Shown in pieces: positions 27,384 through 37,189 of a stretch of DNA of 64,000 bases. Position 1 is the first letter of the stretch, and the number at the start of each line of letters is the position of its first letter. The stretch spans positions 35,457-99,456 of the forward strand of contig JAFGDD010000004.1 of NCBI GenBank assembly GCA_016932315.1. The letters are read 5' to 3'. Source of the stretch: Candidatus Woesearchaeota archaeon. Lineage in GTDB: Archaea > Nanobdellota > Nanobdellia > Woesearchaeales > SM23-78. The notes beneath the pieces were generated by a model. That model had not been told where the DNA came from. It made no database searches and saw only the letters and a list, made by a program, of their open reading frames with translations. The translations under genes and the position numbers were made by a program.

Positions 27384-28667
27384 TTATTTCCGCTTCCAAC
27401 TGACTTTCAAGAAGTGCGCGCTGCAGGAAAAGCAAGGATCATAAGCTCGTATCAGCTTTTCAGTTTCCAGGATAATTTGCTCCTTGCTCTTCTTCTTTCC
27501 AAGCATCTGCTCTACTAACTGCTTCACATTAGCCTCAATAGCCCTTAAATTCTGGGCGGTCGGTGTTATTATGTTGCATTTCTCAACAAATCCTTTGTCA
27601 TTAATTGTGTAGTCGTGAAATAATATTCCTCTTGGAGCCTCAACTGCACTCACTCCGCGACCGGTTCTCGCAGTAATCATTGGCAAGCCTTCAAATTTGA
27701 AATGATAGTTTAACAAGGCATGACCTTGCTCTATCCAGTGCACGAGCTCAACAGCCTGGCAGAAATTGTTATAAAATGGGTTGGTAAGCGGCAGTTTTAG
27801 CTTTGCCTGCTCAAATATTTTCTTGGCTTTCTTGCTTAAGTTCTTGTAATTGTTGTTAACCCTTGCAATCGCTCCTGCGCAAAAGGTTTTGCCTTTGAGC
27901 TTTGAGAACTTACCTATGGAGTACGGCATTACTTCCTCATCAATATAATTGGTGTAATCAGCTGGCTTTATCTTTAGCCCACTAAGTGTAATAATCTCAC
28001 CAGATATCAGCGGGGCTTCTTTTTCAGGGTTCAAGCTGATAAAGTCCATATCAGTGACAAAGCCAGGCGGTTTTAATTTCATGAAAAGCATTGCAGTTGC
28101 AATTGCTTCTGGCAAAGCCTTTTTCAATTCTTTCCGCAAGTAATCAACTGTTTTCTTGTCAGGAACATGAGTGAATCCTCCGACCACAGAAGTGAAGGGG
28201 TGCATTTCCTTGCCACCAATCAACTGCACCATGTTGTTACCTAGCTTCATCAAGTGCAAAGCAGTAAGTACTTCTTTCTTATACTTGCCAGCCATTGCAA
28301 GGGCTGATTCAAAGCCAAGGTAATCAGGAAGAGAAAGAAAGTAAAGGTGAGTAGCGTGGCTTCTTATTCTCTCGGCAATACTAAGCAATTCTCTTAATCT
28401 GCGCGTCTGCTCAGAAACTTTTATTCCCATAGCATTCTCAATTGCTTGCAAGCAAGAGACTGTGTGAGCACATGAGCAAATCCCGCAGATACGGCTAGTA
28501 ATCTCTTGTATATCATCGTATCTTTTGCCTTTGACTAATCCTTCAAAGAATCTTGCTCCTTCAACCACTTTAAGCTCGCACCTTGTCAACTTGCTGCCAT
28601 TAATCTCGACGTGCAGGCTGCCGTGCCCTTCTACCTTACAAATGTGGTGTAAATCAATCGATGCCAT
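27384..28667 (-). CDS. hydA: [NiFe] hydrogenase large (alpha) subunit, group 3b / sulfhydrogenase-like
   Basis: N-terminal RICGICSCAH and C-terminal DPCFSCSAH Ni-binding motifs, with a short C-terminal extension for protease processing. Start taken at MASIDLHH (internal ATG; ORF track extends 15 codons). Confidence 0.8.
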   Translation of the reverse strand: MASIDLHHICKVEGHGSLHVEINGSKLTRCELKVVEGARFFEGLVKGKRYDDIQEITSRICGICSCAHTVSCLQAIENAMGIKVSEQTRRLRELLSIAERIRSHATHLYFLSLPDYLGFESALAMAGKYKKEVLTALHLMKLGNNMVQLIGGKEMHPFTSVVGGFTHVPDKKTVDYLRKELKKALPEAIATAMLFMKLKPPGFVTDMDFISLNPEKEAPLISGEIITLSGLKIKPADYTNYIDEEVMPYSIGKFSKLKGKTFCAGAIARVNNNYKNLSKKAKKIFEQAKLKLPLTNPFYNNFCQAVELVHWIEQGHALLNYHFKFEGLPMITARTGRGVSAVEAPRGILFHDYTINDKGFVEKCNIITPTAQNLRAIEANVKQLVEQMLGKKKSKEQIILETEKLIRAYDPCFSCSAHFLKVSWKRK

Positions 28668-28677
28668 TTTTATTTTG

Positions 28678-29535
28678 TTATTTTTTATTATTAATGTTTG
28701 TTTTTTCCTCAAACTCCTTGAACTGCAAACTATTATACTTCGTCATTCTCTTGATGATCAGATCAACATCAAATCCTTTATCCTTAAGCACTTGTTTGCC
28801 TGATTCTAAGTTAGCGTCATCAAGCAATCCTCTGCAGCCTGTGCAAGGATGGTTGAAGCTTGGGCACAAAGCCCGGCATCCGCCATTAATCAGTGGTCCC
28901 AAGCACTCAATGCCCTGGTCAAGCAGGCAATAGTTTTCCTTGAGAGAGCATTCATGGCACACTGCCTTGTCATAAACCCTTAATCTTCTGCCTTGCAAGA
29001 AATGCTTCAGAACTTGGATTATCTCCTGCTTATCAGGAGGGCAGCCAGGAATGTAAAAGTCAACCTTAACATATTTGTGAAGGGGAACTGAAGTAATTGG
29101 CTTTACTCGCGGATCAGAAGGAAATTTTGCATATGCTGCGCTCTCAACCTCTTTTTCATTCATTAAATGCTTCATTGACTGCATGCCACCGTGGCAGGCG
29201 CAAGCTCCGAGAGCAACCAGAGCCTTAGTTTTTTCTCTCCATTTTAAAAGATTATCAAGGTCTTCCTGCGAGCTCACGCTCCCCTCAACAAAAAGCACGT
29301 CATAGCCTTCTTCCTCGTTCTGCTCTTTTATCATGGGAGCAGCAACAAGATTAATCTTATCAAGCAAATCAAGCAGAACATCCTCAATAAAATAGATGCT
29401 TAGCTGGCAGCCTGCACAACCAGTGATGCTATGAATGCCGATTCGTGGTTTAGAAACTGCTTTTTTCTGATTAATTATTTTTTTTATTTTTTTCCCTTTC
29501 CTAACATGAACTTTCTTCTTGGTCATCTTACTCAT
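28678..29535 (-). CDS. hydD: [NiFe] hydrogenase small (delta) subunit with Lys-rich N-terminal extension
   Basis: IGIHSITGCAGCQLS and ACHGG Fe-S cluster motifs. Preceded by about 28 K-rich residues. Confidence 0.75.
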   Translation of the reverse strand: MSKMTKKKVHVRKGKKIKKIINQKKAVSKPRIGIHSITGCAGCQLSIYFIEDVLLDLLDKINLVAAPMIKEQNEEEGYDVLFVEGSVSSQEDLDNLLKWREKTKALVALGACACHGGMQSMKHLMNEKEVESAAYAKFPSDPRVKPITSVPLHKYVKVDFYIPGCPPDKQEIIQVLKHFLQGRRLRVYDKAVCHECSLKENYCLLDQGIECLGPLINGGCRALCPSFNHPCTGCRGLLDDANLESGKQVLKDKGFDVDLIIKRMTKYNSLQFKEFEEKTNINNKK

Positions 29536-30343
29536 GCAAATTCTTTATCTGATCGTACCTGAATACAGGACCGTCTTTGCAAACATAAACGCCTGATATC
29601 ATACAGTGGCCACACATTCCGACCCCGCACTTCATCCTGCGCTCATGACTAATATAAATCTGTTCGTGCGAAAAGCCCATCTTTTCCAGTGATTGTATTG
29701 TGAATTTTATCATGACTGGAGGGCCGCAGATTATAACAGCTTTGTTCTTGCTGTCAAGACCAGATTCATCAACAAGCTTCGTAATTAAACCAATCTTTCC
29801 CTTGTAATCAGCGCCTGCCTTGTCAACTGTGGTGCGCAAATCAAAAATCCTGTTCCACAACTCCATGTCTTTCTTAAAGAGCATCTCTTCTGGGCTCTTG
29901 AACCCGAATAGCAAGTGGACTCTGTCAAATTCTGCGCGATACTTCTCAACATACTTGATTACTCCTCTGAGCGGAGCCACTCCTGTTCCTCCGCCAATAA
30001 TAATCAGGCTCTTGCCATGCAAATCAATCATTGGATAATGAGTTCCATAAGGTCCTCTCACCCAGAGATTGTCGCCAACATTAAGCTTGATAAGTTCGTC
30101 TGTAACATCACCTAATGCTCTGATGTTAAACTCGATGTAATCGTCTGCGTATGAGCAGACAGAAATAGGAGCCTCTCCAAGCCCAGGAACATTGAGCTGA
30201 TAGAACTGACCAGGCTGGTAGCTCAGCTTTTCCTTGTTCTTGGATTTTCCAGCTTTTGCCTTCTCAGCCCTAAACAAGTAAATATCGCCAGTCATCTGCT
30301 CCTTCCGGGTTATTCTAAAAGGCTCTAAATTAAGCGACATCAT
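29528..30343 (-). CDS. hydG: Sulfhydrogenase gamma-like subunit (FAD/NAD-binding, 2Fe-2S)
   Basis: Ferredoxin-reductase-like FAD/NAD fold motifs (GGGTGVAP) and C-terminal CGVGMCGHC...C 2Fe-2S. Confidence 0.75.
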   Translation of the reverse strand: MMSLNLEPFRITRKEQMTGDIYLFRAEKAKAGKSKNKEKLSYQPGQFYQLNVPGLGEAPISVCSYADDYIEFNIRALGDVTDELIKLNVGDNLWVRGPYGTHYPMIDLHGKSLIIIGGGTGVAPLRGVIKYVEKYRAEFDRVHLLFGFKSPEEMLFKKDMELWNRIFDLRTTVDKAGADYKGKIGLITKLVDESGLDSKNKAVIICGPPVMIKFTIQSLEKMGFSHEQIYISHERRMKCGVGMCGHCMISGVYVCKDGPVFRYDQIKNLHE

Positions 30344-30389
30344 TAGTAACCTCTTCTGAATTGATTAACTTTATTTAAACTTGTTAGTT

Positions 30390-31349
30390 TCACCTGAACT
30401 TATTAATTACTTCTGTAAAATCAATCAGTCTCGGGCAGGCTTCTATGCACCTCCCGCATCCAGTGCACATATCCATGCCAAACTTTTCCCTGAAATACTG
30501 AAGTTTATGATAAATTCTGTGCTTGAACCTTGAAAGCCTGTCTTTCCTGAAAATCGCTCCGCCAGCGACCAATGTGAAGTTAAGGAACTGGCAGGAATCC
30601 CATTCTTTGAAGCGCTTGCCTTTTTTCAAGTCAACTTCGAGCTCGTCCATGACATCAAAACACAAACAGGTGGTGCAGTGAGAAGTGCACTTTCCGCAGC
30701 TCAGGCACTTATCATTCTCTGAATTCCATGCAGGATTATCATAGTATTGCGTCAAATCCTTCCTAAAAAGCTTTTTGTCACACTTAATCTCAGGCATTAC
30801 AAAATCATAATCCTCGAGAGTCATAATCAATGCTTCGCCCTTAGGACTGCCTGCTTCTATATAATATTTATTACCCATATCGTGAAGCATTAAATCATAA
30901 TATTTTTCCAATCCCATTGACTCGCAGAAGCAGTACTTGCTCGGAGCAGGCACGCAGTTAATGCCAATGAGCAGGGTGTTCTCTCTTGCTGCTTTGTAAT
31001 AATCATCCTGATACTCCTTGGAATTAAAGAGCTTGTCAAGCCTCAGAAGCCCGTTAAAGTCGCAAAGCCTAGCTCCAAAGATTACTCTAGGCTTGAACCT
31101 GGTTTTTTCTTCTTCAAAAGGCTTTTTCTTGTCAGCCAGGTTAAGCTTCAGCAAGTCGTGCTTTGCAGGAGAAAAGAATTTCTTGATAGAAAATAAAGGC
31201 CTGCCTTCAAGGCAAATGTCATCAAAATAATTAATATTTATAATCTCAAACCTTAAAGTGCCTCTCTTTACAGGGGCGATGAGCTCCTTGCCCTTAGAAA
31301 CCTTTCCGAGAAATTCCTTTAACCTCTTTTTATCAAGCACCTTTCCCAT
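30390..31349 (-). CDS. hydB: Sulfhydrogenase beta-like subunit (2x[4Fe-4S])
   Basis: CLSCGKCTSHC and CTGCGRCIEACP cluster motifs. Its position at the head of the beta-gamma-delta-alpha operon matches Pyrococcus-type sulfhydrogenase. Confidence 0.7.
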   Translation of the reverse strand: MGKVLDKKRLKEFLGKVSKGKELIAPVKRGTLRFEIININYFDDICLEGRPLFSIKKFFSPAKHDLLKLNLADKKKPFEEEKTRFKPRVIFGARLCDFNGLLRLDKLFNSKEYQDDYYKAARENTLLIGINCVPAPSKYCFCESMGLEKYYDLMLHDMGNKYYIEAGSPKGEALIMTLEDYDFVMPEIKCDKKLFRKDLTQYYDNPAWNSENDKCLSCGKCTSHCTTCLCFDVMDELEVDLKKGKRFKEWDSCQFLNFTLVAGGAIFRKDRLSRFKHRIYHKLQYFREKFGMDMCTGCGRCIEACPRLIDFTEVINKFR

Positions 31350-31382
31350 GATAAAAAAGAAGAAGAAAACAGGTATTTAAAC

Positions 31383-31763
31383 TTATTGAAAAACCTCTTT
31401 AATAATATCTTTTACTTCTCTTAGGGCGCTTTTCTCATCATAACTCTTCGGAATGCCTATAATGCGAGCTTTCTTCAGCTTGCCTGTCTCTTTTAGTAGC
31501 TTCAAGAAAAAACTTAGATCAAAGTCATGCAAGGAGAAGATGACAGAGAACTCTAAGCTATCAATATTATCAAATGCAGTTACTGCATTAATGCCTTTAG
31601 CAACGTCAAGCATGACTGAGTTATTCAAGTCGTGACTTAGCAAATCATCTGGCTTAGCGCAAATAATAGTCTCGAACCCTTTAATATTAAGCTTCTTACC
31701 TATCTTTATTGCAAGATTATCTTCTTTTAGGTAAGGATTGCCAAAAACCAGTATTTTTCTCAT
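31383..31763 (-). CDS. Hydrogenase maturation endopeptidase (HycI/HybD-like)
   Basis: 126 aa. MRKILVFGNPYLKEDNLAIKIG N-terminus, VMLDVAKG and SLHDFDLS resemble protease motifs. Position fits. Confidence 0.5.
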   Translation of the reverse strand: MRKILVFGNPYLKEDNLAIKIGKKLNIKGFETIICAKPDDLLSHDLNNSVMLDVAKGINAVTAFDNIDSLEFSVIFSLHDFDLSFFLKLLKETGKLKKARIIGIPKSYDEKSALREVKDIIKEVFQ

Positions 31764-31847
31764 ATCGCAATGTATTTATATGGGTGCTTATTTAAACCTT
31801 ATCATGAATAAAAAGGGTTATGGCTGGTTCTGGGGGCAGCAATAATA

Positions 31848-32015
31848 TCAGGAGCATCCATATTCATGAACAAGTTCGGGGTGACAGGAATTGACTCTTC
31901 TGTTTTCATATTTGCAAAGAACATTCTTGTGGCTGTTTTCCTTTTCTCCAGAATAATCAATAGTTGCAAAGCCCTTTTCGATCTTCACAACTTTACCAGG
32001 TATAGCTAGGCACAT
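31848..32015 (-). CDS. hypC: HypC-like hydrogenase assembly chaperone (short, possibly truncated)
   Basis: Internal start gives MCLAIPGKVVKIE, the HypC/HupF N-terminal MC(L/I)(A/G)(I/V)P signature. Only 55 aa and lacks the conserved C-terminal helix. Confidence 0.45.
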   Translation of the reverse strand: MCLAIPGKVVKIEKGFATIDYSGEKENSHKNVLCKYENRRVNSCHPELVHEYGCS

Positions 32016-32111
32016 AAAATAAGCCTCCTTGAAAAAGCATAGTGAAATGTAAACTGAAAAACAATGATAAATAGGACACATAAAAAAAAATTAAAAATCG
32101 GCATCCGCAAA

Positions 32112-33941
32112 TCAACAACTTCCTGATGCAGTTGATGAAGTCGCCCCTAAGTTGGTGCTGCACTCATTTGGAGCAGCATCATACTTCTCGCACAAGGCAG
32201 TCTTGTAATTCTCAGGTGTTCTGCCTCCGTTGTAGGCTTCACCGTCAATAAATACTGTTGGGCTGCCGCTCACACCAAGCTTATCACCAAGGGCTTTTTC
32301 TGCAGTTAGCAGAGCAACTGCTTCGTCTGCTTGGCATTTCTTTATTTTAGCTACGTCAAGCTTGAGTTTTGTAGCTACTGCTTCCCAGCAGGTGTCTGCG
32401 TTCTGATAAGTGCATTCTGAATTCATTGCAAGGGCAAACTCAAACCACTTGCCAATGCCCATGTGCTTGTTCACACATAACTCCCTAACGTCCTGGTTAA
32501 GCTCTTGGATACCATGCATCGAACATAACTTGCCACTATCAATGCAATAGTTAGCCCCGCCGCCACCATAATTTTCATAAATAACATATCGAGGGTTAAA
32601 GATAGCTTTATCCTTAAGCAGCTGATAGGCTGGCTCTATGCCCTCCTCTGCCTGGTTGCCATAAGGGCAGTAGCTCATGACAAAGAAGTCTATTTGCGGC
32701 TTGTTGTCGCCGAGTACAACGCCGATTGAGTCATAATAGGCTTTTCTCTTTTCCTCGCTAACAAAGTAAGAGGCGCCCGCGGCATCATCAAGAATCTTGT
32801 ACTTGTCATCTTTAAGCTCAAATACAGATTGCAAGTCCGTCCTTGCCTGCCAGGTGTTAGTCTGAGTTATTTCAGTTTCAAAGAGGAATGCAGGCACTAC
32901 TTCAATATTATACTTCTGCACAAGAGCTTTTCCTTCTGAACTGTCAACATCCACTATGCTAGGTTTTGCACCCAGGAATAGCTGCTGGAGTGCTGTAACA
33001 ATATTGGTGGTGTCGCAGGCACTTCCACACTTAGCAGATGTTAAAATTATATAATTAACCGGAACTGGTTCTCTGTATTCGCAAGCAGCGTTCTTCATCC
33101 CGGGATTAATGCAATAACCCTCCTTCCCTTCTTGCTCTGTGCAATCAGCATTGGTTGTGCACTTAGGAATTTCTGCACAGGCAGGTGAAGTTGATAACTG
33201 GCAGATTGCTCTTTGGAATGATGTTGAATCCCTCTGGCCTTGATAAGCAGAGTCTGCTATGTACATTGTAGGGCTGCCCCTTGCATTCCTTGCAGTGGCT
33301 CTTTGCATTGACTCTCTCAGCAATGTCTTGCCTTCCTCTCCTTCAAGACAAGTCTTAAGCTTATTAACATCCATGCCATTCTGCTGAGCACAACTAACCC
33401 AGTTAGTATCCACATTAGTTGCATCCTTGTTCTGGCACAGTATGAAGTCTATGTACTTATAATTTGTTGGGTAATACTTCATTGCGCATAACTGCACAAT
33501 GTTGCCTGTTACTTCCTTGGCTCCGTGCAGGCTCTGGAAAGTTCCTGGGCTGGTTTCTGACACAATAAAATCAAGGTGGAAGTCAACTGCATCACCCATG
33601 GATTTTAATACAGGAGCAATGGCGTTCTCTACCTGGGTTCCATAAGGGCACTGGCTCATCACATAGAATTCTACCTTAACCTTTTCCCCAGAAACAGGAG
33701 GCGTAGTTGGCATCTGCTTCCTCATCAGCATAAAAATTACTGCCAGCAGGATGATGATTAAAATGAATGCAGATATTAAGAGATAAGTGCTGCCTGGCAC
33801 TTTCTTATCAACAGCTTTTTCCTCTTTTTTATTAATAGCAGACTCTGCTGTCTTTGACTCGCGTTCATGTTGTTTGTGCTCAGAATGAGCCTCGTGTTGT
33901 TCATATGTATGCTTTCCTTTTGTTTTCAAGAGAAAACCACC
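32112..33941 (-). CDS. Secreted / membrane-anchored protein with two thioredoxin-like modules
   Basis: Two repeats are centred on F(Y/F)VMS(Q/Y)CPYG(T/N)Q(V/A)E. Single N-terminal TM (LLISAFILIIILLAVIFML). Probable TTG start with GGGAGGTGG RBS (nt about 33941). The ORF track extends to 34088 and overlaps the upstream permease. Many Cys. Confidence 0.4.
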   Translation of the reverse strand, partial: GGFLLKTKGKHTYEQHEAHSEHKQHERESKTAESAINKKEEKAVDKKVPGSTYLLISAFILIIILLAVIFMLMRKQMPTTPPVSGEKVKVEFYVMSQCPYGTQVENAIAPVLKSMGDAVDFHLDFIVSETSPGTFQSLHGAKEVTGNIVQLCAMKYYPTNYKYIDFILCQNKDATNVDTNWVSCAQQNGMDVNKLKTCLEGEEGKTLLRESMQRATARNARGSPTMYIADSAYQGQRDSTSFQRAICQLSTSPACAEIPKCTTNADCTEQEGKEGYCINPGMKNAACEYREPVPVNYIILTSAKCGSACDTTNIVTALQQLFLGAKPSIVDVDSSEGKALVQKYNIEVVPAFLFETEITQTNTWQARTDLQSVFELKDDKYKILDDAAGASYFVSEEKRKAYYDSIGVVLGDNKPQIDFFVMSYCPYGNQAEEGIEPAYQLLKDKAIFNPRYVIYENYGGGGANYCIDSGKLCSMHGIQELNQDVRELCVNKHMGIGKWFEFALAMNSECTYQNADTCWEAVATKLKLDVAKIKKCQADEAVALLTAEKALGDKLGVSGSPTVFIDGEAYNGGRTPENYKTALCEKYDAAPNECSTNLGATSSTASGSC

Positions 33942-34047
33942 TCCCAATTCATTTCCTAATAAAAATATATTTTTAGTCAATGTTAAAGGCTTGTATTTAA
34001 AAAGTTTATTAAAGAAACAAAAATAACGTGTTTTTATTATTTTTTTA

Positions 34048-36075
34048 TTATTCTTCTTGAGAGGGTTGTTTTTTCTCTTCCATTTCAATGTCTTCTGAGA
34101 GAACTTTCACAGTGTCTTTCCTATTGGCAGACTTTCTCAGCTTGGAAGCTAGTTTCTTTTCCTTTAGCTCCTTCTCAACCCAGTCTGCTATTTTATTCTC
34201 GTATTGCGTGACGTTATCTTCAAACTCTGAGCGCGTCATATCAGAAACTAATTTCAGCAGCTCTTGCTTGTTAGAAGCCTTTTTCTCTCCCACAACAAAA
34301 CCAGCTACGCCAGCTTTTGCATTGCCAGGTTCTCTTTTGGCTGAAGCTGAAATTTCAGAGTCCTGGTTTATTGCTTCATCCTGTTGTTTTGAGGCTTTCA
34401 CCTTTTTCTTGTTCCTCAAGCTGACACCAAAGATTATTAGTAAGAACATTATTAGAGCTGCTCCTCCTAGGGTTATTAATGTAAGAAGGGCTTCTGTCAT
34501 GATGTTGACGTTGAAGAGCAATGATTTTCTTAAAAGCTCAGATGCAAGAACATAAGGGTTATACTTTATTATGTTGGTAAGGGCGGGAGCAAGGCTTTCC
34601 AAAGGCACTACCAGGTTTGAGAGGAAGAGGAATATTGAACCTAGAACAATTGATGCCATAATTGCACCTTCCTGGGTTGAAAATAGGTAGCCTACTGCCA
34701 TTCCTAGAACAATAAAGAAAGCAGACGTCAGGATTACAAGTATGGCTGTGCAAAGAGCATTCTTGAATAAGGGTATTTGCATGAAATAATTAGCCAAGCC
34801 AAGTATGATTAGAGTTTGCATAACAATTACTATAAAGCTGGTAATAAAGGTAGTGAATACAAAGAATTCCTGCCTTATAGGGGTAATGTGATTCCTGAAA
34901 AATGATTTTGAGCTCTTCTCAAACATTACAAGTGTGCTTGAGAGCAACAATGCTACAAACATTATTACCAATACTAAGAGGAAGGGGAAGGTAAATGTTA
35001 GCTTGGATGTTTCAGACACAACAGGCTCAATCTTTGTATTAACAGGACTGACAATTGTTTCTACATTTGTAATATCAATGCTTTCCAGCTCTTGTCTTGT
35101 TTTTTCAAGATTGGTTTTGAGTCCCACAATATTGGTTTGTATGCTTGCAACTCTCGTCTTGGCAGAATCTATTAATTTCTGGTTTTCTGTGTTAAGCTGC
35201 CTGTTAGCTGCCAGGTCTGACTCCAGTTGCGTCAGCGAGTTGGACAAAACATTCAAATCATCTATCAACTCCTTTATTTGGTTGGGTGTAAGATTGTATA
35301 AGTTAAGAAGTTCATCTCTTAAAGCAGCGAATTCCTCTCTAATATTAGATACATTCTCATAAACCCCCAAGTCATCTATCCATTCATCTGTGCTGTTAAT
35401 CATTAAGCCGCCCTTTTCAATTATCATCATTATAGTATCATTCAGGGTAATGACAGAAGAGTTCAAGGCATTCAGGTCAACTTCTTGCAGTTCAAGCTTC
35501 ATTGATTCAGTATTAGCTTTTGCCTTTTGCAGGTCGAGCACTAAAAGGTTAAACTGAGGGTTCAGGTTGGCAACCAACACGCTTTCTTTGCTTAAATCCT
35601 TAACAGTTGAGTTAATCCTTGAAAGCAATGCTTGAGTTAAGGAGTAGCTAACCTCTTCAGACTTCAGGTCCAAAATCCCAGATACAGACTCTATTACTTT
35701 GTAAACAAGATTCATGCGGGAATAATCCACGAGGAATCTTAATTCACTGCTCTTTTCATTGCTAACCTGAAAGTTTTCAGGGAATATAATGCAAGTATGG
35801 ATTATTCCTTGTTCTACCTTTTTCACACAATCCTGCTCATTATTGAATTCCTGTACATAATAATGGCTTTGCTTCAGCGAATCCACAAAATTGTTTGTTA
35901 GATTAGTATGCTGCGACGCGTAATAGCCTAAACTTAGCTCATAACTTGCCTTGCCGCTAAAAGCCAACCCTACTAAAAGGATAACCAGCAGAGGACCTAT
36001 TAGCACAGTAAACGCAGATGCCTTGGCTCTTATTAAGAGCTTGAAATTCTTCTTTATTATCGAAAAAAGCTTCAT
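34048..36075 (-). CDS. ABC-2 type transporter permease with large extracytoplasmic coiled-coil domain (YhgE/Pip-like)
   Basis: One N-terminal TM, then an extracellular helical domain of about 330 aa, five C-terminal TMs and a charged C-terminal tail. Overlaps the upstream ATPase gene by 4 nt. Confidence 0.6.
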   Translation of the reverse strand: MKLFSIIKKNFKLLIRAKASAFTVLIGPLLVILLVGLAFSGKASYELSLGYYASQHTNLTNNFVDSLKQSHYYVQEFNNEQDCVKKVEQGIIHTCIIFPENFQVSNEKSSELRFLVDYSRMNLVYKVIESVSGILDLKSEEVSYSLTQALLSRINSTVKDLSKESVLVANLNPQFNLLVLDLQKAKANTESMKLELQEVDLNALNSSVITLNDTIMMIIEKGGLMINSTDEWIDDLGVYENVSNIREEFAALRDELLNLYNLTPNQIKELIDDLNVLSNSLTQLESDLAANRQLNTENQKLIDSAKTRVASIQTNIVGLKTNLEKTRQELESIDITNVETIVSPVNTKIEPVVSETSKLTFTFPFLLVLVIMFVALLLSSTLVMFEKSSKSFFRNHITPIRQEFFVFTTFITSFIVIVMQTLIILGLANYFMQIPLFKNALCTAILVILTSAFFIVLGMAVGYLFSTQEGAIMASIVLGSIFLFLSNLVVPLESLAPALTNIIKYNPYVLASELLRKSLLFNVNIMTEALLTLITLGGAALIMFLLIIFGVSLRNKKKVKASKQQDEAINQDSEISASAKREPGNAKAGVAGFVVGEKKASNKQELLKLVSDMTRSEFEDNVTQYENKIADWVEKELKEKKLASKLRKSANRKDTVKVLSEDIEMEEKKQPSQEE

Positions 36076-37070
36076 GGGTTTTTCTTTTCCTCTCCTGTTA
36101 TTTTCATGAACAATTCATCCAAGCCAGGCCTTGAAACATTAATATCAATGAGCTCCTCCTTAAGCACTTCTAGAGTGTGCAACAATTCGTGAATTACTGC
36201 TTGGGGCTGGTCAGAAAATATTATGAGCTCACTGCCCCTTATCTGAATATCAAAAACATTGCTACCAGGCCTCTTAATGGCTTTGGCAATATTGCTGTAA
36301 CGCCCAGGGTATGTTTGGATTCTTATTTCCTGGGATTCGGCATACTTGGTCTTAAGTCTAGCGGGGCTTGCAACATCAATTATTTTTCCATCTTTTATAA
36401 TGGCGAGGCGCGAGCAAAAATTCTCAACCTCAGAAAGATGATGGCTTGCAAGGATTATGGTCGTGCCTTTCTTGTTAATTTTCTGCACAAGACTCCATAT
36501 ATGGTCGCGAAGAATTGGGTCAAGGTCAGATGTTGGCTCATCAAGGATAAGCACTTCTGGGTCATGTATTAAGGCGCAGGCAATGTCCAGTCTTCGCTCC
36601 ATACCCCCTGATAAGTCACCGGCAAGAGTTTTTTCAGCATGCCTCAAATCCATTAATGAAAGCAGAATGTCAATATTTGAATCCAAGGCTTTCTTGTGCA
36701 TATTGTATAAAGAGCCAAAGTATTTGAGATTTTCCTTCACAGTAAGCTTTTGGTAAAATGATGGCTCCTGGCTTGCAAAACCAAAAAGATTCTTAGCTAA
36801 CCTTTGCTGCTTGAAAACAGAAGCATACATGGGCTTGCCGTCTTTGCTCTTCTTCTTGACAAAATAATCATACCTGAATTTCACATCACCTTCTTCTGGC
36901 GCCAGATAACCGATAAGGTTTTTGAGAAGCGTGGTTTTGCCGCTGCCACTGGAGCCTATCAACCCAAATATTTCTCCCTCATAAATATCAAGGCTTATGT
37001 TCTTGAGAACTTTCTTCTTCCCAAATCTCTTGCTAATGCGCTGAATCTTCAAGATGGGAGGGCGATCCAT
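36072..37070 (-). CDS. ABC transporter ATP-binding protein
   Basis: Walker A GSSGSGKTT, signature LSGGMERR, Walker B LILDEPTSDLD and H-loop. Confidence 0.85.
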   Translation of the reverse strand: MDRPPILKIQRISKRFGKKKVLKNISLDIYEGEIFGLIGSSGSGKTTLLKNLIGYLAPEEGDVKFRYDYFVKKKSKDGKPMYASVFKQQRLAKNLFGFASQEPSFYQKLTVKENLKYFGSLYNMHKKALDSNIDILLSLMDLRHAEKTLAGDLSGGMERRLDIACALIHDPEVLILDEPTSDLDPILRDHIWSLVQKINKKGTTIILASHHLSEVENFCSRLAIIKDGKIIDVASPARLKTKYAESQEIRIQTYPGRYSNIAKAIKRPGSNVFDIQIRGSELIIFSDQPQAVIHELLHTLEVLKEELIDINVSRPGLDELFMKITGEEKKNP

Positions 37071-37189
37071 GACAATCTATAACTAAAAGTCGAGATATAT
37101 AAAGTTTGCTAATGAAAATGAAATCAAATCACTATATTAATAAAATATTAAAAACAAACAAAGTTTCTCTTAACCAAAAAAAACGAAAA

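Noticed and set aside
27384-28667. Selenocysteine-containing [NiFeSe] hydrogenase
   Set aside because: The C-terminal DPCFSCSAH motif is encoded with Cys codons and there is no in-frame TGA, so this is a standard [NiFe] enzyme.
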